Shown piece after piece: positions 23,532-33,841 of a stretch of DNA of 64,000 nt (positions within the stretch are counted from its first letter, which is position 1; every line of letters begins with the position of its first letter). The position numbers were made by a program, and so were the translations under genes. Under the pieces are notes generated by a model. The model had not been told where the DNA came from. It made no database searches and saw nothing but the letters and a program-made list of their open reading frames with translations. This stretch comes from an uncultured delta proteobacterium (GTDB lineage: Bacteria > Desulfobacterota > Binatia > HRBIN30 > BPIQ01), in NCBI GenBank assembly GCA_963761335.1, contig CAVXGR010000016.1, forward strand, positions 160,001 through 224,000. Reading direction: 5' to 3'.

Positions 23532-24530
23532 ATGGAGCCCGAACGCCTTCGCGAGTACCTGCAGGAGCGCCTGGCGCCGCCGGCAGAGCTCCGCATCGAG
23601 AGCGCCGAGCGCATCGGGGGCGGCGCCTCGCGAGAGACCTGGGCGGTCGATGCAACCTGGAGCGAGGCGGGCATGCTGGTCCGTCGGCGGTTCGTCTTCC
23701 GGCGCGACCCATCGGCCGGGCTTCTCGAATCGGACCGCCGCACCGAGTTCGAGGTCATGCGCGCGGCCCGCGCCATGTCGGTTCCGGTGCCGGAGATGTA
23801 CTGGCTCGAAGAGGATCCCCGCTGGCTCGACAGGCCCTTTGCGGTCATGCAGTGGGTCGAAGGCGCCGTGCCCTCGGTCGTCTTCCCGCCGCACGAGTCG
23901 GCGGAGTTGCGGGCCGCCGTCGCCGGACAGTTCGTGCGGCTCCTGGCGCGCATTCACGACGCCGATTGGCGTGCCCACGGCCTCGACGAACTCGGTGCTC
24001 CCGAGTCGGCCTCCGCGGCGGCGGCAGAGCAGGTGGAGCGCTGGCGTGCCGCCTACGAGCGCGCCCGGACCGAGGAGCGCCCGATCCTGGCGCTCGCCCT
24101 GCACTGGCTCGCCAGCCATCTGCCGGAGGGCGGCGAGATCACCCTGGTGCACGGCGATTACCGCGTCGGCAACGTTCTCTATGGCGAGGACGGTATCCGC
24201 GCCGTGCTCGACTGGGAGATGGCCCACATCGGCGATCCCCTCGAGGATCTCGGATGGGCGACGATGCGCTTCTGGACGAGTGGCGGCCTCTGCCAGGGGT
24301 TGCTGCCGCGCCAGGAGCTGATCGCCGGCTACGAGAGGGAGCGCGGCGTCCGCGTCGACCGGGAGTCGCACTTCTTCTACGAGGTCCTCGGCAGCGTCAA
24401 GATGGCGATCATCGGTCTCACCGGTGTGAAATCGTTCAATCAGGGCCTGGTCGCGGACGTGGTTCTGGCCATGGTCGGCTACATGGTCCCACGGCTCGAG
24501 GCGACCCTTCTCGAACAGCTGGAGATTTGA
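23532..24530 (+). CDS. Phosphotransferase family protein (APH/ACAD10-like kinase)
   Basis: GGASRET, HGDYRVGN, LDWEMAHIGDPLEDLGW. Confidence 0.9.
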   Translation: MEPERLREYLQERLAPPAELRIESAERIGGGASRETWAVDATWSEAGMLVRRRFVFRRDPSAGLLESDRRTEFEVMRAARAMSVPVPEMYWLEEDPRWLDRPFAVMQWVEGAVPSVVFPPHESAELRAAVAGQFVRLLARIHDADWRAHGLDELGAPESASAAAAEQVERWRAAYERARTEERPILALALHWLASHLPEGGEITLVHGDYRVGNVLYGEDGIRAVLDWEMAHIGDPLEDLGWATMRFWTSGGLCQGLLPRQELIAGYERERGVRVDRESHFFYEVLGSVKMAIIGLTGVKSFNQGLVADVVLAMVGYMVPRLEATLLEQLEI

Positions 24531-24590
24531 ACGGATTGAAAGGGTCGCCGCCGCTGCCCGTCTCTGCCGCGGCGGGCGACTGGGGGGAAA

Positions 24591-25052
24591 ATGCAACCGG
24601 GTGTCGTCGAAGCACTGAACGGAATCAAGAAGGTGATGCTGGAGGTTCTGCTGCCGGAGCTGCAGTCGGCTCAGGCGCGCGGCCAGGTGCTCTATGCCGG
24701 GGTTCTGCTCGACCACCTCGCGGCTCGCTGGGAGATCGAGTACCCGCTGCTGGCGGAGGAGCGAGCCGATCTCTCCTCCCTGCTCGCCGAGGCACGGGAG
24801 AGGCTCGGGGGCTCGGCCGCCGAGCTCGAACGGCGCATCGACGCCCTCCTGGGGCCGGCCGAGCCAGGGGCGGGGCAGGTGCCCGGTCCGGCACAGCTGG
24901 TGAGCGATAACGCCGCCATGCGCGAGGTGGTCGCGGCCCTGGTGTCGCGTTCGTCGCTGCCGGAGCCCATGGCCGCGTCGCTGCACGCGTACCTGCGGCG
25001 CCAGCACCACCGCGACGAGCGTCTGGTCGCAGTGGGGGCTCTGAGCTGGTAA
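24591..25052 (+). CDS. Hypothetical helical protein (DUF6285-like partner of the phosphotransferase)
   Basis: Co-oriented 153-aa ORF with typical codon usage; family guessed from context. Confidence 0.6.
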   Translation: MQPGVVEALNGIKKVMLEVLLPELQSAQARGQVLYAGVLLDHLAARWEIEYPLLAEERADLSSLLAEARERLGGSAAELERRIDALLGPAEPGAGQVPGPAQLVSDNAAMREVVAALVSRSSLPEPMAASLHAYLRRQHHRDERLVAVGALSW

Positions 25053-25147
25053 TAGGGACTGCGCCACCCGCAGGCCGCATCGGCTTGAATTGTGGGTGGC
25101 GATGGCGCATACGCATTGAGTTCGGGCCGAGGAAAGTAAGCGGGAGT

Positions 25148-28093
25148 ATGGAACGGGTCCCGCGTGGGCAACCGTACGGGTGGGGGCGGTTGGCCGCGCA
25201 CTGCGGCGCCGGATTGGCGCTGCTGTTGGTCGTTGCGGCACCGGCAAGCGCCGGCCTGCCGGATTGCGGCGCCGGCGCCCCCGGCCTGTACGCTATCGTC
25301 GAGTCGCTCTTCGGCGGCGGCTGCGCCACTGCCGATCGCAACGGCGACGGACGGGTCTCCGCCGCGGACGTGTTGCTCGCCGGGGCGCTGGCGCCGACAT
25401 CCACGGTGACCGCGCCGCAGGGCTCGCCGACGCCCAGCCCCAGCGCCGACGCCTCGCCGAGCCAGACGCCGGCGTTCTCCTCGCCTACGCCGGTGCCCTC
25501 GGGCGCCGCACCTTCGCCGAGCGGGACGCCGACGGCGGAGCTGTCACCGCTCCCGAGCCCGACGCCGACCGCTTCGGCGACGCCGGTGGGCGAGCCGGCA
25601 ACCCCGACCGAGACACCAGCGAGCGACTCGGCAACGCCGACCGCCTCCGCCAACGCCTCGGTAACGCCGACGGCGACGGCCAGCGACACCGAGACCCCGG
25701 CTCCGACGGCGACGGCGCCGCCCACCGCCAGCGCCACCGAGACTGCCGATCCGAGCTCGCCGTCGCCGACGCCGAGCCGGACACCGACGGCGCCCACGGC
25801 GACGGCGACGGTGTCGCCGACCCCGAGCGCCAGCGCGACGGCGACACCGACGGCGACGCACAGCGGCACCGCCACCCGCACGCCGACGCAGACCCGCACC
25901 GGCACGGTCACGCGCACGCCGACGCGCACGCTCACCGGCACGCCGACGCGGACGCCGTCGCGCACGCCCAGCCCGACGCGCTCAGCGACGGCGACGCGCA
26001 CGGCATCGCCGGGCGGCGAGGACACCGCTAGCGCGACGATCACCGGCACGGCGACCGAAACCGCGTCGGCGACGCCGACTCTCAGCGCGACCCCGTCGCT
26101 GACACCGACCTCGACGGCCAGCTTCTCGCCGACGCCGAGCGCGAGCCGCACCCATACGCCGACGGCGCCGCCGACCGCCAGTGCCACCTCCACGCCGACA
26201 CGCACGGCAACGCCGACGCCTTCGCCCTCGGCCACCGCCTCGCGCTCTTCGACGCCGTCGCCCGTTGAGGCGACACCGAGCCCAACGCGGAGCGGCACGG
26301 CGACGCGCACACCGACGCCGACGGCGACCAGTTCGGCGAGCCCGAGCGCCGCGGCGACGCCCACGCCGACACCGACGGCGAGTAGCTCGGTGACCGCGAG
26401 CGTCACGGCCGCGCAGACACCGACGCGCACGCCCAGCAGCTCGCCGACTCCTTCGGCGACGCATTCACCGCTGCCCTCGGCGACATCCTCGCCGGTGCCC
26501 GATCCCTCCGCCTCGCACACGGCGAGCGCTACGGCGACGGCGACCGTCTCCCCGACGCGCTCCTCGACTCCTTCCGCAACCCTCGCGCCCACGTCTACGG
26601 CCACCGCATCTCGCAGCGCCACGGCGACAGCAACGCCGACGCCCAGCAGTTCTCCGACGCGCACCGCCACGGTCACTCCGGTCTTTTCGGCGACACTCGG
26701 CTCGACGCCGACATCGACGCCTTCGGCGACTCCGAGCCGCACGTCCACGTCGACGGCCAGTGCGACGTCGACCGCCAGTCCGACGTCGACCGCCAGCTTC
26801 ACGCTCACGCCGAGCGCCTCGGCCACCGCGACGCCGTCGGACACCCCCTCGCGCACGCCGACGGCGACTCTGAGCCCGACGGCGACGCGCACCGAGACGC
26901 CGACGCGGACGCCGACGAAGACGGAGACACCGACGCGCACACCGACGGAGACGCGCACGCCGACGTCGACCGTCACCGAGACCCTGACGCCGAGCCCCAG
27001 CGCGACGGGCACCGAGACACCGACACGGACGCCGACGAAGACGGAGACGCCGACGCGCACGCCGACGGAGACGCGCACCTCGACGCCCACGGCCACCCAG
27101 ACGCTGACGCAGAGCCCGAGCGTCACGCCCACCGATACGCCGACGCGCACCGCGACCAGCACGCAGACCCCGACCAGGACCGAGACGCCGACGCGCACGC
27201 CGACGACAACGCCGTCGGCGACGTCGACGGCGACCTCGACGCCGACCACCACGAGCACCAAGACGCAGACGCCGACGAAGACGGGAACGCCGACGCGCAC
27301 GCCATCGCCCACCGCCTCGAATACGCCGACGACGTCGGCGACACGCACCGGGACGCAAACCAAGACGGCGACGGCCAGCAAGACGCCGACGACTACGCCG
27401 ACGCCGGGGCCGCCGACGCGCACGCCGACACCGACGTCCAACCTGGGCGGCCCGATCATCACGCACTTCTCGCTGGTCCGCCCCGACGGCTGCATCATCG
27501 GCTGCTTCAACGGCTTCTTCTGCAAGTGCGCCGACGGAACCCCGACCCCGCAGCTGAACGGCGACGGCGTCCGCGTTTACCTGGCGCAGGGCGGGCAGCG
27601 GGGCCAGATCGTCGTCGAGGTCAAGAAGGGGCTGAACAACCACGCCGTTGGCTCGACCCTGTACGCCGCCAGCCCATGCGGCGATCGCCCGAGCCTGCAG
27701 ATTCAGGCGGGCTTGCCCCTCGGCGACGGCTCGCTGACCGACTGCAACAATCCCGCCGCCCCGATCTGCGCCGGCGGCGTGCCTGCGGTGCAGCCTCCCA
27801 GCTTCGCCGGCGATCAGTACATCACTGCGGCGCTGACGGACTTCGCCTGTCACTTTGACAGCCGCACCTCGACCGACACCGCATGTGCCTTGGGACCGAA
27901 CGGGGACTTCGCGTTTCTCGGGGGATTCAGTGCTTCACAGGGGTCCCGGCAGTTCTGCGACAACGTGGCGCAGGATACCGCCTTTCCGGTCGGCGACACC
28001 TTGTTGACGGTACAGGTGACCGACACCTCTGGGACGCCCGGTCCGACGGCGCAGATCGTCGTGCGAGTGCCGACCCCGACGCCGCGGCCCTGA
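25148..28093 (+). CDS. Secreted Thr/Pro-rich stalk protein 1 (half-dockerin-like Ca loop, about 680-aa T/P/S linker, novel C-terminal domain)
   Basis: Signal [30 protein letters not shown] repeats; C-domain shared with the genes at 34545 and 37273. Confidence 0.85.
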   Translation: MERVPRGQPYGWGRLAAHCGAGLALLLVVAAPASAGLPDCGAGAPGLYAIVESLFGGGCATADRNGDGRVSAADVLLAGALAPTSTVTAPQGSPTPSPSADASPSQTPAFSSPTPVPSGAAPSPSGTPTAELSPLPSPTPTASATPVGEPATPTETPASDSATPTASANASVTPTATASDTETPAPTATAPPTASATETADPSSPSPTPSRTPTAPTATATVSPTPSASATATPTATHSGTATRTPTQTRTGTVTRTPTRTLTGTPTRTPSRTPSPTRSATATRTASPGGEDTASATITGTATETASATPTLSATPSLTPTSTASFSPTPSASRTHTPTAPPTASATSTPTRTATPTPSPSATASRSSTPSPVEATPSPTRSGTATRTPTPTATSSASPSAAATPTPTPTASSSVTASVTAAQTPTRTPSSSPTPSATHSPLPSATSSPVPDPSASHTASATATATVSPTRSSTPSATLAPTSTATASRSATATATPTPSSSPTRTATVTPVFSATLGSTPTSTPSATPSRTSTSTASATSTASPTSTASFTLTPSASATATPSDTPSRTPTATLSPTATRTETPTRTPTKTETPTRTPTETRTPTSTVTETLTPSPSATGTETPTRTPTKTETPTRTPTETRTSTPTATQTLTQSPSVTPTDTPTRTATSTQTPTRTETPTRTPTTTPSATSTATSTPTTTSTKTQTPTKTGTPTRTPSPTASNTPTTSATRTGTQTKTATASKTPTTTPTPGPPTRTPTPTSNLGGPIITHFSLVRPDGCIIGCFNGFFCKCADGTPTPQLNGDGVRVYLAQGGQRGQIVVEVKKGLNNHAVGSTLYAASPCGDRPSLQIQAGLPLGDGSLTDCNNPAAPICAGGVPAVQPPSFAGDQYITAALTDFACHFDSRTSTDTACALGPNGDFAFLGGFSASQGSRQFCDNVAQDTAFPVGDTLLTVQVTDTSGTPGPTAQIVVRVPTPTPRP
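26891..27205 (+). repeat. 120-bp (40-aa) period internal tandem repeat in the stalk
   Basis: [23 protein letters not shown] encoded at 26891 and 27011, with a diverged third copy at 27131. Confidence 0.75.
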
Positions 28094-28220
28094 GCCATAG
28101 GAAAACAGCATTTTCCCGTGCAAACCGCACGGCGGTGCTGTTGCGTTCGCCGCGACCGCTCTCCTCGATGGGCGCCGCTCGCATGGATTCCCCCTGTCGC
28201 GACTGCCCCGACGCCTGCCA

Positions 28221-28252
28221 GGCGGGGAGCGGGGGCCGCCGCCCATTTTTTT
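28221..28252 (+). terminator. Possible intrinsic terminator after stalk protein 1
   Basis: GGCGG...CCGCC hairpin followed by T7; weak stem. Confidence 0.35.
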
Positions 28253-28269
28253 GAGACCGAGGTCACCGC

Positions 28270-28323
28270 CTCTTTTTTTCGCCCTTTTTCACTTGACAAT
28301 CTGGATGCGATGAGACATACACC
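28270..28323 (+). promoter_or_regulatory. Putative sigma-70 promoter for the four-paralog cluster
   Basis: Perfect TTGACA at 28293-28298 preceded by T-tracts (28273-79, 28285-89) resembling an UP element; -10 box ambiguous. Confidence 0.5.
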
Positions 28324-28398
28324 GGGGGCAATTCGCCGCAAACCGGCGAGCGCGAGGTAGGAGGAAGTTGCGTGATTGAGATTGAAAGGAGGAGTGCA

Positions 28399-29712
28399 AT
28401 GCGCGTGCTGAAGCCAAGTCCATGGCTCGCAAGCCTTGGGGCGTTGCTGCTGGCAACGGGGATGTTCGCTCGAGTCGCCACAGCAGACGTCACCACCGAC
28501 CGGGATGCCTCGATTCTGGTGTTTCCGAAGGTGATTGCCGACGGCAGTCGCGACACGCTGATCCAGATCAGCAACACCCGCAACGGTGTCATTCACGCGC
28601 AGTGCTACTACGTGAATGCCGTTGGCATCTGCTCGGAGAGCGGCCTGTCGTGCGAGGGTCCGGGGACCTGCCCCGCAGGCCCGACGGACATCTGCGTTCC
28701 CGCCTGGCAGAAGACTGACTTCGCGATCACCTTGACGCGCCAGCAGCCGACCATCTGGAAGGTCTCCACCGGCCGCACGCAGCTGCCCGGCTCGGTGCCG
28801 TACTGTGTGCCGACCGCCAGCGTGCTGCAGCAGACCTGCCCCGGCATCCCGGTGGCCGCTCCTCCGATGTTCGTACCTAGCCGGCCTTTCATCGGCGAGC
28901 TCAAGTGCGTGCAGGTCGATGGGGGCGGTGCGCCGACGGGCGGCAACGCCCTGAAGGGCGAGGCCATCATCGAATCCGCGGGTGGCGAGCTGAGCGCCTA
29001 CAATGCTGTCGGAGTTTCTGGCATCAACGTGGACGGCGATGGCTCCCTTCGCTTGGACAATGACGAGTACAACGCCTGTCCTGAGCGGCTCGAGTTCACC
29101 ACGGTGCAGACTGGGATCGCTGATCCGGGTCTGGCTGCCCTGCCCGGCATCTGTGTCAGCGGCGAGGCCTGCCGTGTCGACGCCGACTGCGCCACTGGGC
29201 CATGCTCGGCACTCGACACCGGTCCGGTGTCGACGCAGCTGACCCTGGTTCCCTGCGCCGAGGACTTCGAGAACGACGCCGACATCAGCACGCAGCGGGC
29301 GCCGGTCGTGCAGATCCGGGTTGTCGACGAGATGGAGGTGGAGCGGTCCTTCCTCTTCACGCTCCAATGCTTCGCCAACCTCGACACCGCGAACTCCAGC
29401 CCGATCAATCTGACGTTCCGCAATCTTTATACCGGCCGCGCTGGCAGCGTCTTGAAGACCATCGTGTTTACCAGCGGCCTCCAGGCGGGCGGAGTCCTTG
29501 GCGTTGCCGAGAACTTCATCGGCAACGATACCTTCCGGGCCACTGATGCTCAGAACCTTGTGGTGCAGGGATTCCGGAGTCCCACGACGACGGACATCAT
29601 CACCCTGACGGCCACCGACATCTGCGTGGGCGGCGACCGCAACGGCCTGCCCTGCAACTCCGACGTCGACTGCCAGTCCGCTCAGGGCCCGAACGGCACC
29701 TGTGGTCAGTAG
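28399..29712 (+). CDS. Secreted Cys-rich protein, paralog 1 (subtype A), unknown family
   Basis: GAAAGGAG RBS; Sec signal ending ATA; SILVFPKV, LTRQQPT, GELKC, GNALKGEA, YNA, LTLVPC. Confidence 0.85.
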   Translation: MRVLKPSPWLASLGALLLATGMFARVATADVTTDRDASILVFPKVIADGSRDTLIQISNTRNGVIHAQCYYVNAVGICSESGLSCEGPGTCPAGPTDICVPAWQKTDFAITLTRQQPTIWKVSTGRTQLPGSVPYCVPTASVLQQTCPGIPVAAPPMFVPSRPFIGELKCVQVDGGGAPTGGNALKGEAIIESAGGELSAYNAVGVSGINVDGDGSLRLDNDEYNACPERLEFTTVQTGIADPGLAALPGICVSGEACRVDADCATGPCSALDTGPVSTQLTLVPCAEDFENDADISTQRAPVVQIRVVDEMEVERSFLFTLQCFANLDTANSSPINLTFRNLYTGRAGSVLKTIVFTSGLQAGGVLGVAENFIGNDTFRATDAQNLVVQGFRSPTTTDIITLTATDICVGGDRNGLPCNSDVDCQSAQGPNGTCGQ

Positions 29713-29814
29713 TTGCGGAAGGGTTGGGGGATGCAAATGAATGCCATCTGTCCGAGGTCGACGGGGTCCGAGCGAGGACTGCGTCCCGTTCGGGGTGAAG
29801 AAAGGAGAACGTCA

Positions 29815-31257
29815 ATGCTGACGACAAAGCGTTTGGTTGCTCTGGCCGGGGTGGCCACGGCGGCGGTGCTTCTGCAGTATGGGGTAGCGCGCGCATCCAC
29901 CGCGTCGGATCGCCCGGCCGCGATCGTTGTCTATCCAAAGATCGTGGCCGATAGCGCGGCCGGGATCGATACCGTGATCACGTTGACGAATGCCGACCGC
30001 AGCAATCCGGTGCGGGCGAAATGCTTCTACGTCAACGCCACGAGCCACTGCAGCAGCGATGGCTCGCCGTGCACCAGCAGCGCAGAGTGCGGCATCGGCT
30101 CGTGCGTCCCCGGCTGGGCGGAGACCGACTTCTACATCACGCTGACGCGCGACCAGCCCTTCTACTGGGTTGCCAGCACGGGCCGTAACTCCGTGTGTGC
30201 CAGCAACGGAACCTGCGAGCCCTTCGCTGTCCGCGCCAGCCGTGGGCGTTGCAACGATGTCTTCGGGACACCCTGCAGCACCAACGGGGACTGCGGCGGC
30301 GGCTTCATCTGCGAAGGCGCCACCTCGGGCAACGCGGGGACTTCGATTCCTCCGGTCGCCGACGACCCCTTCGTCGGCGAGCTGAAGTGCATCGAGGTCA
30401 ACAGTGACGGCACCCCGGCGACGGCGGAGATCGGCCGCAACGATCTTACCGGGACGGCGACCATCGTCAGCAATCGCGGCGTATGCGACGGGGATCCCAA
30501 CATCGCCTGCTTCCAGGCTACGGACTGCGGCGAGGCGGATCCTTGTGTCGCGCACAGGCCGTCTGCGCAGAGCTACAACGCCGTTGGCCTGCAGACGAAT
30601 CGCTGCGAGGGCGGAGTCCGCGCCGGTCTGGCCTGCAACGCACGTCCGGAAGGGGTCGACGCCGAGTGCCCCGGCGGCACCTGCGTGCAGACGGTGAACT
30701 CCGACAACGTGCTGGTGATTGGCGGGCCGGATGGCGAGTACAGCGCCTGCCCCTCGACTCTCATCCTCGACCACGTCTTCGACGGGGCGATGGATCCCGT
30801 CAATACCCCGCTCTTCAATCTGCCGCTGGGCGCCCCAGGCGACGCGCCGACCTTCCTGACCGACCTGACCCTGGTTCCCTGCTCGGAGGATCTCCTCCTC
30901 GGCTCGGCCAATCTCGCCCGCTCGACCGCTCAGTTCCTCGTCTACAACGAGTTCGAGCAGAAGCTCTCAGCGAGCCGTCAAGTGAACTGCTTCGATGAGG
31001 TTCTCCTCTCGAATATTGACACGCGCAATAACAGTCGCTCGATCTTCAGTGTGGGCGTCTCCGGGACCATCGCTGGTCAGACCCGGATCCGGGCGGTCGG
31101 CAGCGGCCTTCTGGGTGTGGCGCGCGTCATGAAGGCCCCCTTCCCACCCGCGCCCGGGAGCGGTCCGTTTGTGTACGGTCCCGGTGCCGCCTACAACCTG
31201 CATCAGCAGGGTGTTCGCGACGGCGAGGGTGAGGAAGACGTCATCGTTCTCCCGTAG
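29815..31257 (+). CDS. Secreted Cys-rich protein, paralog 2 (subtype B)
   Basis: GAAAGGAG RBS; signal ending ARA; SDRPAAIVVYPK, CPSTLILDH, NEFEQKLS, FSVGVSGT..GQTR. Confidence 0.85.
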   Translation: MLTTKRLVALAGVATAAVLLQYGVARASTASDRPAAIVVYPKIVADSAAGIDTVITLTNADRSNPVRAKCFYVNATSHCSSDGSPCTSSAECGIGSCVPGWAETDFYITLTRDQPFYWVASTGRNSVCASNGTCEPFAVRASRGRCNDVFGTPCSTNGDCGGGFICEGATSGNAGTSIPPVADDPFVGELKCIEVNSDGTPATAEIGRNDLTGTATIVSNRGVCDGDPNIACFQATDCGEADPCVAHRPSAQSYNAVGLQTNRCEGGVRAGLACNARPEGVDAECPGGTCVQTVNSDNVLVIGGPDGEYSACPSTLILDHVFDGAMDPVNTPLFNLPLGAPGDAPTFLTDLTLVPCSEDLLLGSANLARSTAQFLVYNEFEQKLSASRQVNCFDEVLLSNIDTRNNSRSIFSVGVSGTIAGQTRIRAVGSGLLGVARVMKAPFPPAPGSGPFVYGPGAAYNLHQQGVRDGEGEEDVIVLP

Positions 31258-31314
31258 CCTCGGATTGGGCCAAGGCGGAGAACCGACGTGAACGACTTCC
31301 GAAAGGAGAAAGCC

Positions 31315-32442
31315 ATGGGGACGAAGAGCCGCGTCCGTTCCGGAATGCTGTATGGAGTCGCGGCGCTGGCGGTACTGATCTCGGCGCAGGTGGGCTGGAC
31401 GGACGTAACTACGGAACGTCCGGGCTCCATCCTGATCCTGCCGAAGGTCGTCTATCAACCCGGCGTGCGCGACACGGTAATTGAGATCTCGAACACCACG
31501 AACTCGCTGATCCACGCAAAGTGCTGGTACGTCAACGGCGCCCCGCTGGATCCGACCCAGCTGCCGGACCCTGTCACCAATCCCCCGCTCTGGCAGGCGA
31601 ACGACTTCACCATCTGGCTCACCCGGCAGCAGCCGACCCATTTTGTGGCGAGCCGCGGCCGCCAGGTTGATCCGACTGACGCGCTGGGAACCGACGGCGC
31701 TGGCTTCGATCCGGGCTCGGTGCCGCCGGTCATTCCGGGCTTTACCGGGGAGCTGATCTGCGTACAGGTGGATGGCTCGGGTGTTCCGGTACCCGGCAAC
31801 GCCCTCAAGGGTGAGGCGAAATTGCTCGGCCCCGGCAGCACGGTGAGCGAGTACAACGCTATTGCGGTAGTCGGCAATCAGCCGACGGGCGATCCCGATG
31901 TGCTCAGTCTGAACAACACGGACTACGGCGCGTGCCCAGCCGCTCTCGCCTTCACGCACGTCGCCGAGGGGGCTCCGGATCTGGTTTTCGGCCAGCCGAC
32001 CTCGTCGAGCTTCACGGCGGTGCCCTGTTCGCAGGACTTCGCCAACAACCTCCCCTCCACTGTCTCTGTGTCCGTGGAGTCCTACGACGAACTCGAGGTG
32101 TTGCGCTCGACGACCTTCAGTGTTCCGTGCTTCCTGAGCTCCAGCTTGGACGACATCGGGGGCGCCACCAACGCCTTCGGGTCGGACGGGGTGTTCGGTC
32201 CGATCAAGCAGACGATCATGCGGCCACGCCCGGTTTGCAGCTCCGGCCCCTTCGCGGGCCAAGCCTGCAGCCCTGCTCCCGATCCCACGTCGATCTGTCC
32301 CGCGGTGTGCGACGGTGAGGTTGGGTTGCTGGGTGTGGTAGAGACCTCGTACAGCGACGGCGTGACGACCTCGGAGGCAGCCTCCAACGTGCACGCCTTC
32401 GGGGAACTTCCCGGCGCGACGATCACCTTCCTGGGTGAATAG
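31315..32442 (+). CDS. Secreted Cys-containing protein, paralog 3 (subtype A)
   Basis: GAAAGGAG RBS; DVTTERPGSILILPKV, LTRQQPT, GNALKGEA, DELEVLRS. Confidence 0.85.
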   Translation: MGTKSRVRSGMLYGVAALAVLISAQVGWTDVTTERPGSILILPKVVYQPGVRDTVIEISNTTNSLIHAKCWYVNGAPLDPTQLPDPVTNPPLWQANDFTIWLTRQQPTHFVASRGRQVDPTDALGTDGAGFDPGSVPPVIPGFTGELICVQVDGSGVPVPGNALKGEAKLLGPGSTVSEYNAIAVVGNQPTGDPDVLSLNNTDYGACPAALAFTHVAEGAPDLVFGQPTSSSFTAVPCSQDFANNLPSTVSVSVESYDELEVLRSTTFSVPCFLSSSLDDIGGATNAFGSDGVFGPIKQTIMRPRPVCSSGPFAGQACSPAPDPTSICPAVCDGEVGLLGVVETSYSDGVTTSEAASNVHAFGELPGATITFLGE

Positions 32443-32484
32443 GAGGGATGCACCGTGAGGCCTCTGGATGAAAGGAGAAGGGTA

Positions 32485-33816
32485 ATGGGTACGACGAAGC
32501 GGGTTCTCCTGGGAGCCTTGGCGATAGGCCTTCTGGGCACCGGTTCCGTGGCCATCGCCGGACCCAGCGCGACGAGCGCGTCGCAGGCTCTGGTCGGGTC
32601 GGATCGCCCCGCGGGGATCGTGGTCTTCCCGAAGGTGATCGCCGATATCTCGCGCGGTCAGGATACGGTGATCGAGATCGCCAACACCTCGAGCGATCCC
32701 GTGAGCCTTCACTGCTTCTACACCGAGGTCGCGCGCTGCGCGGTCACAGGGGATGCCTGCCGCTCGGATCTCGACTGCTTTCCGGGTGAGGGTTGCGTTC
32801 CGGTCCTCGACGGGGGTAGCGGCCCGGTTCTCTGGAACACACAGGATTTCTCGATCACCTTGACCCCATGGCAGCCTCTGGCATGGCGGGTGAGCGAGGG
32901 CTTGCCGCTCGGTCTGCCCTGCGATCCGGATCGGCCCTTCGGGGATCCGAACGATCCGGCGCAGTGCGCTGGTGGGCAGGTGAACAACGGGCTGATCGCG
33001 GCGCGCGAGCCCTTCTTGGGCGAGCTCAAGTGCGTCGAGGTCAGCGATCCCGACACCAGCACGCCGATCGCCGACAACTCGATTATCGGCAAGGCGACGA
33101 TTTTTGGAGTCGGGGGGATCGCTGCTCCCAATTCAACGGCGGCGTCCTACAATGCGATCGGCATTCAGGCAATCGAGAACGTGTGCCTCAGCGGGAGCCA
33201 GGTTGGGCAGAGCTGCGATCCGAACGCCAATACCTGCGCGGATGCGGCGGATTGCGGGACTCCCAATAACGGCGACGATACGCTCTGCCTGGGTACGAAC
33301 GCGACGGGCTGCGACGTTGCCGAGTACGCGTCATGTCCGAGCACCCTCATTCTCGATCACTTTTTCGAGGGAGCGATTGTCGAGGGATCGCAAGTCAGGA
33401 CGCAGCTGACGTTGGTTCCGTGTACCGAGATCGAAACGGCGCCGACGCAGACCCGCACCAACGTGCAGATTCTGGTGTTCAACGAGTTTGAGCAGCGGCT
33501 TTCGACGAACACCTCGGTGGAGTGCTTCACGGACACTCCGCTGTCGGACATCGACACGCGCCGGTCATTTCCGACTGATGACATGGTCTCCGTGTTCTCG
33601 GTGGGTGTCCAGGGAACGCTCAGCGGCCAGACCCGCCTGCGCCCGGTTTCAAGTAACCCGGACGTCGGCGGCAATGGCATTCTGGGTGTGGCCCTGCAAT
33701 ACCATTTCGGAGCCGGGCTCGGTGTCGCCGCGAAGAACCTGCATTTCGTCGGGGCCCAGCGCACAGGGGATGTGGTCAGTCTGGCAATTCAGACTGCTCC
33801 TCCCGTTGGACCGTGA
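32485..33816 (+). CDS. Secreted Cys-rich protein, paralog 4 (subtype B)
   Basis: GAAAGGAG RBS; signal ending AIA; SDRPAGIVVFPK, CPSTLILDH, NEFEQRLS, FSVGVQGT..GQTR. Confidence 0.85.
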   Translation: MGTTKRVLLGALAIGLLGTGSVAIAGPSATSASQALVGSDRPAGIVVFPKVIADISRGQDTVIEIANTSSDPVSLHCFYTEVARCAVTGDACRSDLDCFPGEGCVPVLDGGSGPVLWNTQDFSITLTPWQPLAWRVSEGLPLGLPCDPDRPFGDPNDPAQCAGGQVNNGLIAAREPFLGELKCVEVSDPDTSTPIADNSIIGKATIFGVGGIAAPNSTAASYNAIGIQAIENVCLSGSQVGQSCDPNANTCADAADCGTPNNGDDTLCLGTNATGCDVAEYASCPSTLILDHFFEGAIVEGSQVRTQLTLVPCTEIETAPTQTRTNVQILVFNEFEQRLSTNTSVECFTDTPLSDIDTRRSFPTDDMVSVFSVGVQGTLSGQTRLRPVSSNPDVGGNGILGVALQYHFGAGLGVAAKNLHFVGAQRTGDVVSLAIQTAPPVGP

Positions 33817-33841
33817 TCGGCTGACGAGTATCTGAAAGTAG

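Noticed and set aside
22985..23953. Apparent ~320-aa N-terminal extension of Lon
   Set aside because: Overlaps the DUF2203 and phosphotransferase genes on the opposite strand; it is an open-frame artefact.
25400..27440. ACGCCG-rich repeats as a possible CRISPR or non-coding array
   Set aside because: No constant repeat with unique spacers, variation falls at synonymous positions, and there are no cas genes.
24625..27525. 966-aa Val/Gly-rich minus-strand ORF (similar ones at 35306-36166 and 37437-38363)
   Set aside because: Reverse complement of Thr/Pro codons; the plus strand has the signal peptide and conserved domains.
28399..33816. Cys-rich proteins as multiheme cytochromes or RiPP precursors
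   Set aside because: No CxxCH motifs, the proteins are 375-480 aa long, and no maturases are nearby.
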